Shown: piece after piece, positions 27,457-36,847 of the stretch | Layout: every line of letters begins with the position of its first letter | Position numbering within the stretch: position 1 is the stretch's first letter | Assembly: GCA_964455185.1 (NCBI GenBank) | Contig: CAYVUR010000003.1 | Location: forward strand, 1 to 52,829 | Length of the DNA stretch: 52,829 nucleotides | Direction of reading: 5' to 3' | Source of the DNA: an uncultured Gammaproteobacteria bacterium | Lineage (GTDB): Bacteria > Patescibacteriota > Patescibacteriia > 2-01-FULL-39-33 | Made by a program: the position numbers and the translations under genes | Notes under the pieces: model-generated | What the model saw: only the letters and a program-made list of their open reading frames with translations | Told to the model about the DNA's origin: nothing | Database searches by the model: none

Positions 27457-29181
27457 ATGAATTGGAAAATTAAACAAAAAATAACAGAAGATTTAATTAA
27501 AAAATATCCGGAAATAAATCCGGTTATTTTACAATTATTATATAATAGAGGTTTAGATAGCCAAGAAAAAATAAACTCCTTTCTTAATCCTAATTATGAC
27601 TTAGGATTACATAATCCTTTTTTGTTTAAAGATATGGAATTAGCGGTTAAACGTATTTTTTCTGCTTTAAGTAAAAAAGAAAAAATTTTAATTTATGGAG
27701 ATTATGATGCTGATGGAGTTTGTTCTACTGCTATAATTTATTCTGCTCTTCAAGGGTTGGGTGGTGATTTAGATATTTATATACCATTTAGAGAAAGTGA
27801 GGGTTATGGTATAAATTCTAAGGCGGTACAATGGATTATTAGTCAAAAATTTAATTTAGTTATTACAGTTGATTGTGGAATTTCTAATAAAGAAGAAATT
27901 CAAACTTTAAAAAATGCTGGTATTGATACAATTATTACCGATCATCATGAAGAACCATTAGCTTTACCTGATTCAGCTATAGCTATTATTAATCCATCAA
28001 TTAGTAATTCTGGTTATCCTAAGATTAATTTATGTGGCGCAGGAGTAGCTTTTAAATTAGTACAAGCTTTAATTGAGTGGCAAAATAAAATTGATTTTCC
28101 AATTAAATTACCAATAGGTTTTGAAAAATGGCTTTTAGATTTAGTAGCTATTGCTACCATCGGTGATATCATGCCTTTAATTGGAGAGAATCGAATTTTA
28201 ACTAAATATGGATTATTAGTTTTGAAAAAAACTAGAAATATTGGTTTACAAAAATTAATAGAATTAATTAATTCTAATTTAGAAGAAATAGATTCTGAAT
28301 ATGTTGGTTGGCGTATTGTACCAAGACTTAATGCTGCTGGAAGAATTAATCACGCTTCATTATCTTTTTATTTACTTAAAGAAAAAAATCCTTATGAAGC
28401 AAAACGTTTAGTGTCCATACTTGAAGAGAACAACAAATCAAGACAACAAACAACTGAAAATATATTAAAACAAGCTCTTTCTCAAATAGATGAAAGTAAA
28501 GAGTTGCCTTATTCTTTAATAATTTTAGGTGAAAATTGGCCTACAGGAATTATTGGGTTAGTGGCTGGAAGATTAGCAGATAAATTTCATCGGCCAGTAT
28601 TAATTTTTTCTCAAGAAGAAGATAAATATATTGCTTCAGGAAGAAGTATTCCAGAATTTGATATTACAGAAGCTCTTCAAGAATGTGATGATTTATTAAC
28701 TAAGTATGGTGGTCATCCCCAAGCTTGCGGTTTAACAATTACAGGTCAAGATAATTTTGAAAAATTTAAATTAAAATTTTTAGAATTAGCTAAACAAAAA
28801 CTTGCATCAATTAAATTAGAGCCGATGTTAGAAATTGAAGCCGAATTAAAATTATCTGAAATTAATTGGGAAATAATTGACGAATTAGAAAAATTTGAAC
28901 CATTTGGAGAAGCCAACCCTAAACCCTTATTTGCTGCTTTTGGTTTGCAAGTAGAGCATATACAAACCGTAGGTATTGATGGTAGACACTTAAAAATTCA
29001 AGTAACTCAAGATGGGGCACCAAAAATTCATAAATTAATTGGTTTTTCTTTTGGAGAGTGGTGTGCTAAAATTAATGTAGGCGATAAGATTGATATTGTT
29101 TTTGAATTAGGAATAAATGAATGGAATGGTAATCGAGAATTACAATTAAAAATTGAAGATATTAAATTAAGTAGTGAATAA
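27457..29181 (+). CDS. recJ: Single-stranded-DNA-specific exonuclease RecJ
   Basis: DHH motifs (YGDYDADGV, DCG, ITDHH) and DHHA1 (GGHPQACG). Start moved to ATG 27457 (MNWKIKQK). Confidence 0.92.
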   Translation: MNWKIKQKITEDLIKKYPEINPVILQLLYNRGLDSQEKINSFLNPNYDLGLHNPFLFKDMELAVKRIFSALSKKEKILIYGDYDADGVCSTAIIYSALQGLGGDLDIYIPFRESEGYGINSKAVQWIISQKFNLVITVDCGISNKEEIQTLKNAGIDTIITDHHEEPLALPDSAIAIINPSISNSGYPKINLCGAGVAFKLVQALIEWQNKIDFPIKLPIGFEKWLLDLVAIATIGDIMPLIGENRILTKYGLLVLKKTRNIGLQKLIELINSNLEEIDSEYVGWRIVPRLNAAGRINHASLSFYLLKEKNPYEAKRLVSILEENNKSRQQTTENILKQALSQIDESKELPYSLIILGENWPTGIIGLVAGRLADKFHRPVLIFSQEEDKYIASGRSIPEFDITEALQECDDLLTKYGGHPQACGLTITGQDNFEKFKLKFLELAKQKLASIKLEPMLEIEAELKLSEINWEIIDELEKFEPFGEANPKPLFAAFGLQVEHIQTVGIDGRHLKIQVTQDGAPKIHKLIGFSFGEWCAKINVGDKIDIVFELGINEWNGNRELQLKIEDIKLSSE

Positions 29182-29184
29182 TTT

Positions 29185-29580
29185 ATGCAAGCTATAATTA
29201 ACACTGATGGTGGCGCACGAGGCAATCCCGGTCCAGCTGGAATTGGAGCAGTAATAAAAATTGGTGATAAAGTTTATGAATATAAAAGATATATTGGTGA
29301 AGCTACTAATAATCAGGCGGAATATCAAGCTTTAATAATGGCTTTAACTCAAGCCAAAGAATTAGGGGTTACTGAAGTTGAATGTCGACTTGACTCTGAA
29401 TTAGTAGTTAAACAATTAAATCGTGAATATAAAGTTAAAGATAAAGATCTTGCTAAACAATTTATAAAAGTTTGGAATTTAATGTCAGAATTTAAAAAAA
29501 TTACTTTTAAGCATGTTTATCGCGAACAAAATAAAGAAGCCGATAGATTAGTTAATGAGGCCATAGATAATAAAGTCTAA
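29185..29580 (+). CDS. rnhA: RNase H (type 1, RVT_3/archaeal-like short form)
   Basis: 131 aa. DEDD residues in TDGGARGNPG, NNQAEYQAL, DSELV, EADRLVN. Confidence 0.85.
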   Translation: MQAIINTDGGARGNPGPAGIGAVIKIGDKVYEYKRYIGEATNNQAEYQALIMALTQAKELGVTEVECRLDSELVVKQLNREYKVKDKDLAKQFIKVWNLMSEFKKITFKHVYREQNKEADRLVNEAIDNKV

Positions 29581-29607
29581 TAATTTAATATTATTTCAAA
29601 ATAAATT

Positions 29608-30081
29608 ATGAACAAAAATAAATGGTCTCTATTGATTTTAGCGATTATTTTACCTTTTATTGTGGCAATTATTGGGTCTTATTTTACTACGCCAGCAATA
29701 CCGACTTGGTATGCTAATTTAAATAAACCATTTTTTTCTCCACCTAATTGGTTGTTTGGTCCGGTTTGGACGATACTTTATTTAATGATGGGTATTTCAA
29801 TTTATTTAATTTGGCTTAAAGAGGGAATTAATTTTAAAAAATCACAAGTCGTTTTTTATCTGCAATTAATTCTTAATGCATTATGGTCAATTATTTTTTT
29901 TGGTTTGAACTCTCCCGGATTAGCTTTTTTTATTATTATTTTTTTATGGTTGTTGTTACTTTATTGTATTTTAGAATTTAAGAAGATAAATTTATTAGCA
30001 TCTTGGTTGTTGGTGCCTTATATTCTCTGGGTTAGTTTTGCTAGTCTATTAAATTTTTCTATTTGGTATCTTAATAGATAA
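29608..30081 (+). CDS. tspO: TspO/MBR family tryptophan-rich sensory protein
   Basis: 157 aa, 5 TM segments. PPNWLFGPVWTILY and LLVPYILWVSFA signatures. Confidence 0.88.
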   Translation: MNKNKWSLLILAIILPFIVAIIGSYFTTPAIPTWYANLNKPFFSPPNWLFGPVWTILYLMMGISIYLIWLKEGINFKKSQVVFYLQLILNALWSIIFFGLNSPGLAFFIIIFLWLLLLYCILEFKKINLLASWLLVPYILWVSFASLLNFSIWYLNR

Positions 30082-30092
30082 TTTCTAAATAA

Positions 30093-30121
30093 AAAAATCT
30101 CGCTTTTAAGCGAGATTTTTT
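30093..30121. terminator. Bidirectional terminator between tspO (+) and rnpB (-)
   Basis: AAAAATCTCGC(30093-30103)-ttttaa-GCGAGATTTTT(30110-30120). Confidence 0.75.
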
Positions 30122-30508
30122 GTTGTCCAAATATGCTTGTAAGCCGAATTCTGTACCCGTAAAACGGGTGATAGCCATCTGTCTGTCGTCGTCGTTACCG
30201 ACGCGATCAAGCCCCTATAACAGGGTTGCACTAGGTAGAGTTTACCACGGCTCTCCATCACTGGAGGCCGAGTGTTTTAGCAATAATTTAAAGAGATATC
30301 TCAGCTTCAAATTATTACACAAACACACTTTTCACCTTTCATCCGTAAAGACGGATTAGTATTGTCTCTGTGGAACTGGTCCTCTTGAATCGTCACCGAT
30401 TCAAGGATGGGTGTTACCCATTACCATGACATTCGCCGAAGCGAAAGAGTGTTCGGACTTTCCTCCCTCTGTTAAAACAGAGAGTAGCTATCCCACATAT
30501 TTGGACTA
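30122..30508 (-). ncRNA. rnpB: RNase P RNA, bacterial type A
   Basis: The minus strand carries GGAGGAAAGTCCGAAC (P4 5' strand), AAAGGTGAAAAGTG, GGTAAACTCTACC, AGTGCAAC and ACAGAATTCGGCTTA (P4 3' strand). P1 pairs GTCCAAATATG(30506-30496) with CATATTTGGAC(30135-30125). It is a GC-rich island in AT-rich DNA. Confidence 0.93.
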
Positions 30509-30512
30509 TTTA

Positions 30513-30541
30513 ATTTTATAATATTTTTAATTAATTGTCAA
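30513..30541 (-). promoter_or_regulatory. Sigma70-type promoter for rnpB
   Basis: Minus strand: TTGACA(30541-30536), 17 nt, TAAAAT(30518-30513). The predicted TSS coincides with the start of P1. Confidence 0.6.
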
Positions 30542-30581
30542 TATTTTTAAGTTTATTTTCTTATATCTTTTTATTTTTTTC

Positions 30582-30610
30582 TTGAAAAACAGTTTTTTTT
30601 ATTGTATAGT
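30582..30610 (+). promoter_or_regulatory. Putative promoter for tRNA-Gln(CUG)
   Basis: TTGAAA(30582-30587), 17 nt, TATAGT(30605-30610), 25 nt before the tRNA. Confidence 0.45.
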
Positions 30611-30634
30611 TATTTTACAAAATTTATTTAAAAA

Positions 30635-30708
30635 TGCGGGATCGTCTAATGGTAGGACGCAGCTCTCTGGAAGCTGTTATATTGGTTCGAATCCAATTCC
30701 CGCAGCCA
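30635..30708 (+). tRNA. tRNA-Gln (anticodon CUG), CCA encoded
   Basis: Hand-folded cloverleaf. Acceptor TGCGGGA/TCCCGCA (U1-A72), D arm GTCT-AATGGTA-GGAC, anticodon arm CAGCT-CTCTGGA-AGCTG, T arm ATTGG-TTCGAAT-CCAAT, discriminator G, then CCA. 74 nt. Confidence 0.9.
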
Positions 30709-30790
30709 ATTTGTAAAGTTTCGGTTCCTGTCTCGTTTGGTGCTATGTTTTAAAATATTATTAAATCCTCTAAATATTTTTTAAATTAGA

Positions 30791-31864
30791 ATGAAATTTG
30801 AAAATAAAAAAAAAGTAGTAGTAGCCATGTCTGGTGGAGTAGATTCTTCTGTTGCAGCCGCTTTACTTAAACAACAAGGTTATGATGTTATTGGTGTTTT
30901 TATGCAATTTTGGTATCCTTCTGGTAATAATTATTCGGAAAATCGTTGTTGTAGTTTAGAATCTTATCAAGAAGCTCATACCGTGGCTACAACTTTAGGT
31001 ATTCCTTTATATAAAGTTAATTTTGGTCGTCAGTTTAAAAAAATTATTGTTGATGAATTTCTTAAAGAACATAAAATTGGTTACACACCCAATCCTTGTG
31101 TTGCTTGTAATAAATTTATTAAATTTAATTTGTTGCTTAATTACGCTCGAACAGTTTTTGGCGCTGATTATTTAGCAACCGGTCATTATGTTAAATTAAT
31201 ACACAATAAATCAGGTTATCAATTACTACGTCCTAAGGATAAAGCAAAGGATCAAACTTATTTTCTTTATAATCTTAAACAAGAACAATTAAAACATCTA
31301 CTTTTTCCTTTGGCTGATTATAAAAAAGAACAAGTTAGAGAATTAGCTAAAAAGTTAAAGTTAAATATTTATAATAAACCAGACAGTCAAGAAATTTGTT
31401 TCGTAGGAAATAGTAGAGAATATTTTTTAAAACGTTATCTTAAATTAAAAATAGGCAAAATAGTTGATGTAAATGGTAAGATTTTAGGCGAGCATCAAGG
31501 TTTACCGCTTTATACTATTGGTCAACGTAGTAGATTAGGTCTTTCTGGCGGCCCATGGTATGTAGTAAAGATGGATTTGAAAAATAATCGTTTAATTGTA
31601 ACAAAAAACCCTCAAGATAAATTATTAAAAAAACATGAAATATTTTTTGATAAAGTAAATTGGCTTAATAATTATTTAATAAAATTACCTTTGAAATGTA
31701 CGGCTCAAATTAGATATCGAGGAATAGCTAAACCATGCCAAGTAGAAAAAATAGGAAGAAAATATAAAGCAGTTTTTAAACAACCACAACAAGCGATAGC
31801 GGCGGGGCAATCAATTGTTTTTTATGATAAAGATAAATTATTAGGCGGAGGAATTATAGTTTAA
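30791..31864 (+). CDS. mnmA: tRNA-specific 2-thiouridylase MnmA
   Basis: VVVAMSGGVDSSVAA PP-loop, NPCVACN, ATGHY, DQTYFL. 357 aa. Confidence 0.95.
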   Translation: MKFENKKKVVVAMSGGVDSSVAAALLKQQGYDVIGVFMQFWYPSGNNYSENRCCSLESYQEAHTVATTLGIPLYKVNFGRQFKKIIVDEFLKEHKIGYTPNPCVACNKFIKFNLLLNYARTVFGADYLATGHYVKLIHNKSGYQLLRPKDKAKDQTYFLYNLKQEQLKHLLFPLADYKKEQVRELAKKLKLNIYNKPDSQEICFVGNSREYFLKRYLKLKIGKIVDVNGKILGEHQGLPLYTIGQRSRLGLSGGPWYVVKMDLKNNRLIVTKNPQDKLLKKHEIFFDKVNWLNNYLIKLPLKCTAQIRYRGIAKPCQVEKIGRKYKAVFKQPQQAIAAGQSIVFYDKDKLLGGGIIV

Positions 31865-31929
31865 TTTGCCAAGAAAAATTTTTTATCATAGAATTAGAAA
31901 TATTAATAAAATATGACAATTTAGAAAGT

Positions 31930-33708
31930 ATGACAGCTAAAGAATTAAAACAAAAATATTTAGAATTTTTTGAGAAAAATGGCCATACTATTATTCCTGG
32001 AGCTCCTTTAGTACCAGAAAATGACCCTACAGCTTTATTTACTACCGCAGGCATGCATCCTTTAGTGCCTTATTTATTAGGAGAGAAACATCCTGCTGGT
32101 ACTCGTTTAACTAATGTTCAAAAGTGCATTCGTACTGGTGATATTGATGAAGTTGGAGATAATTGGCATTTAACTTTTTTTGAAATGTTGGGAAATTGGT
32201 CATTAGGCGATTATGGTAAAAAAGAAGCAATTGAATTAAGTTTTAATTTTTTAACAAAAGAATTAGGGATTTCTTTGGATAAATTAGCGATTACTGTTTT
32301 TGCCGGTGAAGATAATATTCCTCGCGACGAAGAATCAGCTGAAATCTGGAAATCTTTAGGAGTTAAACCTGAGCGCATTGCTTATTTAGGGCGTGAAGAT
32401 AATTGGTGGGGCCCAGCTGGACAAACTGGACCGTGTGGACCAGATACAGAAATGTTTTATTGGTCATCTGAGGGAGCTGTTCCAGAAGTTTTTGATCCAC
32501 AAGATAAAAGGTGGGTGGAAATTTGGAATGATGTTTTCATGATTTATAATAAAAAAGCAGATGGAACTTATGAACCATTAGTGCAGAAAAATGTTGATAC
32601 TGGCATGGGAGTTGAACGTACTGTTGCTACCTTGGCTGGTAAATCATCTGCTTACGATGTTGATCCATTATTTAGTATAACAGTTCAAGTTTGCGCTCTT
32701 TTTGGCACTACTCCCGAAGAAATTAAATTTGAGATTATTAAACCAGTTCGTATTATTGCCGATCATTTACGCGCCGCTACTTTTATTTTAGCTGATGGTG
32801 TTATTCCTTCTAATGTTGAACAAGGTTATGTTTTGCGTCGTTTAATTAGGCGCGCTATTCGTTATGGCAGGGAATTGGGTATTGTTGGCTCTTTTACTCA
32901 TCAAGTAGCTGAAGCAGTAATAGAATTACAGGGTGGATTTTATAAAGAGTTAAGAGAAAAAAGAGATTTTATTATTAATGAGTTACAAAAAGAAGAGGAA
33001 AAATTTAATTCTACTCTTGAGAATGGTTTGAAAAGATTTGAGAAATTGAAAGTTGAAGGCAATAAGGTTTCTGGTAAAGATGCTTTTATTCTTTTTTCTA
33101 CTTATGGTTTTCCTTTAGAAATTACTCGCGATTTAGCAAAAGAAAAGGGTTGGGTTGTTGATGAAGAAGAATTTAATAAAGAGTTTATTCAACATCAAGA
33201 TTTGTCTCGTAAAGGCGCAGAACAAAAATTTAAAGGTGGTTTAGCTGATAATTCAGAAATTACTACTAGAATGCATACCGCCACTCATCTAATGATAGCC
33301 GCTTTACGTAAAGTTTTAGGGGAGCATGTTTGTCAAAAAGGGGCTAATATTACAGCCGAAAGAATTCGTTTTGATTTTTCACATCCAGACAAAATGACAC
33401 CAGAACAAATAAAACAAGTTGAAGATTTAGTAAATGAACAAATTAAAAAAGCTCAACCAGTATATTGTGAGGAATTAACTTTGGAAGAAGCAAAAAAAAG
33501 AGGAGCTATGGGTGTTTTTGAAAGTAAATATGGAGAAAAAGTAAAAGTTTATACAATTGGAGGAGACTCCCAAACAGAAGATGTTTTTTCTAAAGAAATT
33601 TGTGGTGGTCCTCATGTTAAAAATACTTCAGAATTAGGACATTTTAAGATATTAAAAGAAGAATCAAGTTCTTCAGGTGTAAGGCGTATAAAAGCAATTC
33701 TAGAATAG
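31930..33708 (+). CDS. alaS: Alanine--tRNA ligase, short form lacking C-Ala (592 aa)
   Basis: FTTAGMHPLVPY, FEMLGNWS, GMGVERT. Editing-domain motifs HTATHLM and CGGPHV. Ends at SGVRRIKAILE. Confidence 0.93.
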   Translation: MTAKELKQKYLEFFEKNGHTIIPGAPLVPENDPTALFTTAGMHPLVPYLLGEKHPAGTRLTNVQKCIRTGDIDEVGDNWHLTFFEMLGNWSLGDYGKKEAIELSFNFLTKELGISLDKLAITVFAGEDNIPRDEESAEIWKSLGVKPERIAYLGREDNWWGPAGQTGPCGPDTEMFYWSSEGAVPEVFDPQDKRWVEIWNDVFMIYNKKADGTYEPLVQKNVDTGMGVERTVATLAGKSSAYDVDPLFSITVQVCALFGTTPEEIKFEIIKPVRIIADHLRAATFILADGVIPSNVEQGYVLRRLIRRAIRYGRELGIVGSFTHQVAEAVIELQGGFYKELREKRDFIINELQKEEEKFNSTLENGLKRFEKLKVEGNKVSGKDAFILFSTYGFPLEITRDLAKEKGWVVDEEEFNKEFIQHQDLSRKGAEQKFKGGLADNSEITTRMHTATHLMIAALRKVLGEHVCQKGANITAERIRFDFSHPDKMTPEQIKQVEDLVNEQIKKAQPVYCEELTLEEAKKRGAMGVFESKYGEKVKVYTIGGDSQTEDVFSKEICGGPHVKNTSELGHFKILKEESSSSGVRRIKAILE

Positions 33709-33733
33709 TATCATTTATTTTAATAATAATTTC

Positions 33734-33762
33734 TTGACATTAAATTATTTTTTAGATAATAT
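33734..33762 (+). promoter_or_regulatory. Promoter P1 upstream of infA
   Basis: TTGACA(33734-33739), 17 nt, TAATAT(33757-33762). Confidence 0.5.
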
Positions 33763-33783
33763 TATTATAAACCTATAAAAATA

Positions 33784-33811
33784 TTGACAAAACAATATTT
33801 TTTGCTATAAT
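33784..33811 (+). promoter_or_regulatory. Promoter P2 upstream of infA (extended -10)
   Basis: TTGACA(33784-33789), 16 nt ending in TGc, TATAAT(33806-33811). Confidence 0.55.
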
Positions 33812-33935
33812 AAAAAAGGTTTGAAAAAAAGAAATTTTGTGCAAATTTATTTAATTTTATGGTAAATAATCATTGTAAAAATGATTACCAATAATTTTAT
33901 TTTTTTGCGCAATTTATAAATAAATTAAGTAAATA

Positions 33936-34172
33936 GTGAAAAATCAAGAACCCATCGCCGATTCCAAAGATTTTTTGGAAATAGACGGTGAAGTGACAGA
34001 ATCTTTACCTTCAGCAACTTTTAAGGTTAAATTAGAAAATGGACATGAGATTCTGGCACATCTTTCCGGTAAAATGAGAATGTTTAACATTCGCTTATTA
34101 CCAGGGGACAAGGTCAAAGTTCAAATGACTCCTTATGATTTAACTAAGGGTCGCATCATTTATCGTTATTAA
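33936..34172 (+). CDS. infA: Translation initiation factor IF-1
   Basis: GTG start. [64 protein letters not shown]. Confidence 0.93.
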   Translation: MKNQEPIADSKDFLEIDGEVTESLPSATFKVKLENGHEILAHLSGKMRMFNIRLLPGDKVKVQMTPYDLTKGRIIYRY

Positions 34173-34194
34173 ATCAAGTAAACAAGAAAGAGTT

Positions 34195-34308
34195 ATGAAA
34201 GTAAGAGCGTCCGTAAAAAAAATTTGTAAGGATTGCCAAGTTGTTAGGCGAAAAAAACGCTTAGTAGTTATTTGTAAAAATCCTAAACACAAACAAAGAC
34301 AAGGTTAA
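34195..34308 (+). CDS. rpmJ: Ribosomal protein L36
   Basis: Not in the ORF track (37 aa). My translation: [37 protein letters not shown]. Confidence 0.93.
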   Translation: MKVRASVKKICKDCQVVRRKKRLVVICKNPKHKQRQG

Positions 34309-34337
34309 TGTTTTTAATATAAAAGTATAATATAAAT

Positions 34338-34730
34338 ATGGCCGTAAGAATAGCTGGTGTAAATATACCTAATAATAAAAGAGTAGAAATTGCTCTAACT
34401 TATATTTATGGTATTGGAAGATCTAGATCTAATAAAATCTTAAAAGATTTAAAAATTAGTCCTGATACCAGAGTTTATGATTTAAAAGATGATCAAGTAA
34501 ATGCTTTAAGAACAGCAATAGAAAAAGGTTATGTAGTTGAAGGAGATCTCAGACGTGAAATTATAAGTAATATTAAGAGATTAAAAGAAATTAAATGTTA
34601 TCGAGGACTTCGTCATAGTAAAAGTTTACCTGTAAGAGGACAGAGAACTAAAACTAATAGTCGTACTGTAAGAGGTAATGTTAGAAGAACTATGGGATCG
34701 GGTAGAAAAGATACTGGTCAAAAAACTTAA
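34338..34730 (+). CDS. rpsM: Ribosomal protein S13
   Basis: [27 protein letters not shown]. 130 aa. Confidence 0.96.
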   Translation: MAVRIAGVNIPNNKRVEIALTYIYGIGRSRSNKILKDLKISPDTRVYDLKDDQVNALRTAIEKGYVVEGDLRREIISNIKRLKEIKCYRGLRHSKSLPVRGQRTKTNSRTVRGNVRRTMGSGRKDTGQKT

Positions 34731-34753
34731 TTTAGATATTAAATATTAATGCA

Positions 34754-35224
34754 ATGTCAGAGGAAATGAAAAATATTGCTCAAGAATCAGCAGTAGTTAA
34801 TACTGAAACAGTGGCTACTTCTAAAAAAGAAGCTAAAACTTCTAAAAAAAGAAGTAAAAAAGGATCTGCTGTTAGACAAGTAGCTACTGGAAGAGCTTAT
34901 ATAAAGTCGACCTATAATAATACTATAGTTACTTTTACCGATCAAAATGGTAATGTTTTAAGTTGGAGTTCTGCAGGTCAATGTGGTTTTAAGGGTCCTA
35001 AAAAATCTACTCCTTATGCTGCTACTATTATAGTTAAAAATGCAGTAGAAAAAGTAAAAAAATATGGACTTAAAGAAGTTTCTGTTTTGGTTAAAGGCAT
35101 AGGGGGTGGTCGTGAAGCTGCTATTAGAGCCTTGAATGCTAATGGATTAGTTGTTTCTGCTATTAAAGACATTACCCCTATACCACATAATGGTTGTCGT
35201 CCTCCTAGACCTAGAAGAGTATAA
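34754..35224 (+). CDS. rpsK: Ribosomal protein S11 (with ~25-aa N-terminal extension)
   Basis: [18 protein letters not shown]...[13 protein letters not shown]...[12 protein letters not shown]. Confidence 0.95.
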   Translation: MSEEMKNIAQESAVVNTETVATSKKEAKTSKKRSKKGSAVRQVATGRAYIKSTYNNTIVTFTDQNGNVLSWSSAGQCGFKGPKKSTPYAATIIVKNAVEKVKKYGLKEVSVLVKGIGGGREAAIRALNANGLVVSAIKDITPIPHNGCRPPRPRRV

Positions 35225-35235
35225 AAAAATTAATT

Positions 35236-35877
35236 ATGTCAAATAAATTTACAGAAAATTCACAATGTAAAAAATGTCGCCGTGCTGGTGAAAAACTTTT
35301 TCTTAAAGGAGAAAAATGTTATAGCGCTAAATGTCCTATGGTTAAGCGTAATTTTCCTCCTGGAATGCACGGACCAAATCAAAAAGCTGTTAAAAAAACT
35401 AATTATGGTAAACAGCTTATGGAAAAACAAAAAGCCAAAAGAATGTATGGTTTATTAGAAAGTCAATTTAGAAATTATTTTGATAAAGCCCTAAAAAAAG
35501 TTGGTAATACAGGAGAATTACTATTTAGATTTTTAGAGAGTCGTTTAGATAATATTGTTTATCGTTTAGGTTATGCACCATCACGCCGTATGGCTAGACA
35601 AATGGTAGGGCATGGACATATTAGAGTTAATGGTAAAAAAGTTAATATACCTTCTTATCAAGTTAAAATTGGAGATATTATTTCCTTAAGTGAAAAAGCT
35701 ATAGGTAAAAAAGGTTTTGCAGAAATTAAAAATAAATTAACTAAAGTAGAAAATATTCCAGCTTATCTGAATTTTGATGCTTCTAAATTATCTGGCAAAA
35801 TGGTTAGTCAACCAAAATTAGGAGATGTTTCTGTAAATGTTGACTGGAGAACTATAGTTGAATTTTATTCAAAATAA
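35236..35877 (+). CDS. rpsD: Ribosomal protein S4
   Basis: CKKCRRAGEKLFLKGEKC Zn-ribbon-like N-terminus. S4 RNA-binding domain RLDNIVYRLGYA. Confidence 0.95.
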   Translation: MSNKFTENSQCKKCRRAGEKLFLKGEKCYSAKCPMVKRNFPPGMHGPNQKAVKKTNYGKQLMEKQKAKRMYGLLESQFRNYFDKALKKVGNTGELLFRFLESRLDNIVYRLGYAPSRRMARQMVGHGHIRVNGKKVNIPSYQVKIGDIISLSEKAIGKKGFAEIKNKLTKVENIPAYLNFDASKLSGKMVSQPKLGDVSVNVDWRTIVEFYSK

Positions 35878-35940
35878 AATAAATTTTAAATCAAATTTTA
35901 ATATCCAAATCTGCTAAAAAAGCAGAAGGAGGAAAAAACT

Positions 35941-36804
35941 ATGAAAAACATTCCTTTACCCAAAAAGTTTATTGTAGAAGAGTCTGTTGCCGGTAAAAAA
36001 GCTAAAATAATTATTGAACCTTGCTTTCCCGGTTACGGCTTAACTTTAGGCAATGCTTTAAGAAGAGTCATGTTATCTTCTTTGCCTGGTGGAGCCATTA
36101 CTTCTGTTAAAATAAAAGGAGTAAAACATGAATTTTCTACTATTGATTATGTACCTGACGATGTTTTAGAAATAATTTTAAATCTTAAAACTTTACGTTT
36201 TAAAGTTTATTCTGACGAACCTGTAACTTTACATTTAAAAGCCTCAGGTAAACGTGATGTAACGGGAGCGGATATTGAATCTAATATTGATGCAGAAGTT
36301 GTTAATAAAGACGCAATTATAACTACTTTGACTGATGACAAAGCTAGTCTTGAAATGGAATTAAATGTTAGTAAGGGAATTGGTTATGTTACTGCTGAAG
36401 AACAGCTTTTAGGAAAAGGTGAGATAGGACATATTTTACTTGATTCTATTTTTACGCCAGTAATTAATGTTGGTTTATCAGTAGAAGCTACTCGTGTAGG
36501 ACAAAAAACTGATTATGACCGTTTGATCTTAGATGTTGAAACAGATGGTACTATCTCTCCAGAAGAAGCTGTTAAAAAAGCTGCTGAAATATTAAATAAT
36601 CAATTTACTTGGATTATGGAAGGTGGTTCTAGAGAAATTGAAGAAGTTGACATTGAAAAAGCAGTACCTGTTTTAGAAAAAAATCAAGAAAATAATAATG
36701 AAATTTCTAATACTTCAATTGAAAACAATAATTCAGAATTAGTTAATGAAGAAATAGAAGAAAAGCAAAAAAAAAGAGGTAGACCTAAAAAAATAGAAGA
36801 ATAA
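35941..36804 (+). CDS. rpoA: DNA-directed RNA polymerase alpha subunit, NTD only, with Asn/Glu-rich tail ending in an AT-hook
   Basis: Strong SD AGGAGG. GYGLTLGNALRRVMLSSLPG...DYDRLILDVETDGTISPEEA (alpha-NTD). Residues ~235-287 are low complexity and end in KKRGRPKKIEE. There is no HhH CTD, and rplQ follows 43 nt later. Confidence 0.9.
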   Translation: MKNIPLPKKFIVEESVAGKKAKIIIEPCFPGYGLTLGNALRRVMLSSLPGGAITSVKIKGVKHEFSTIDYVPDDVLEIILNLKTLRFKVYSDEPVTLHLKASGKRDVTGADIESNIDAEVVNKDAIITTLTDDKASLEMELNVSKGIGYVTAEEQLLGKGEIGHILLDSIFTPVINVGLSVEATRVGQKTDYDRLILDVETDGTISPEEAVKKAAEILNNQFTWIMEGGSREIEEVDIEKAVPVLEKNQENNNEISNTSIENNNSELVNEEIEEKQKKRGRPKKIEE

Positions 36805-36847
36805 TATTAAGTTGATAATTTAGATTAATTTGGATAGAAAAAAAGAT

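Noticed and set aside
30120-30359. 79-aa plus-strand ORF from the six-frame track
   Set aside because: It lies entirely inside the minus-strand RNase P RNA gene. The open frame is a by-product of the locally GC-rich RNA sequence. It has no SD and no protein-like features.
33867-33887. Hairpin TAATCATT-gtaaa-AATGATTA and flanking direct repeats (TTGTGCAAATTTAT / TTGCGCAATTTAT) in the infA leader as a regulatory RNA
   Set aside because: The stem is made only of A-U-rich pairs and the repeats are short. In DNA this AT-rich such features arise by chance. I kept only the two promoter calls.
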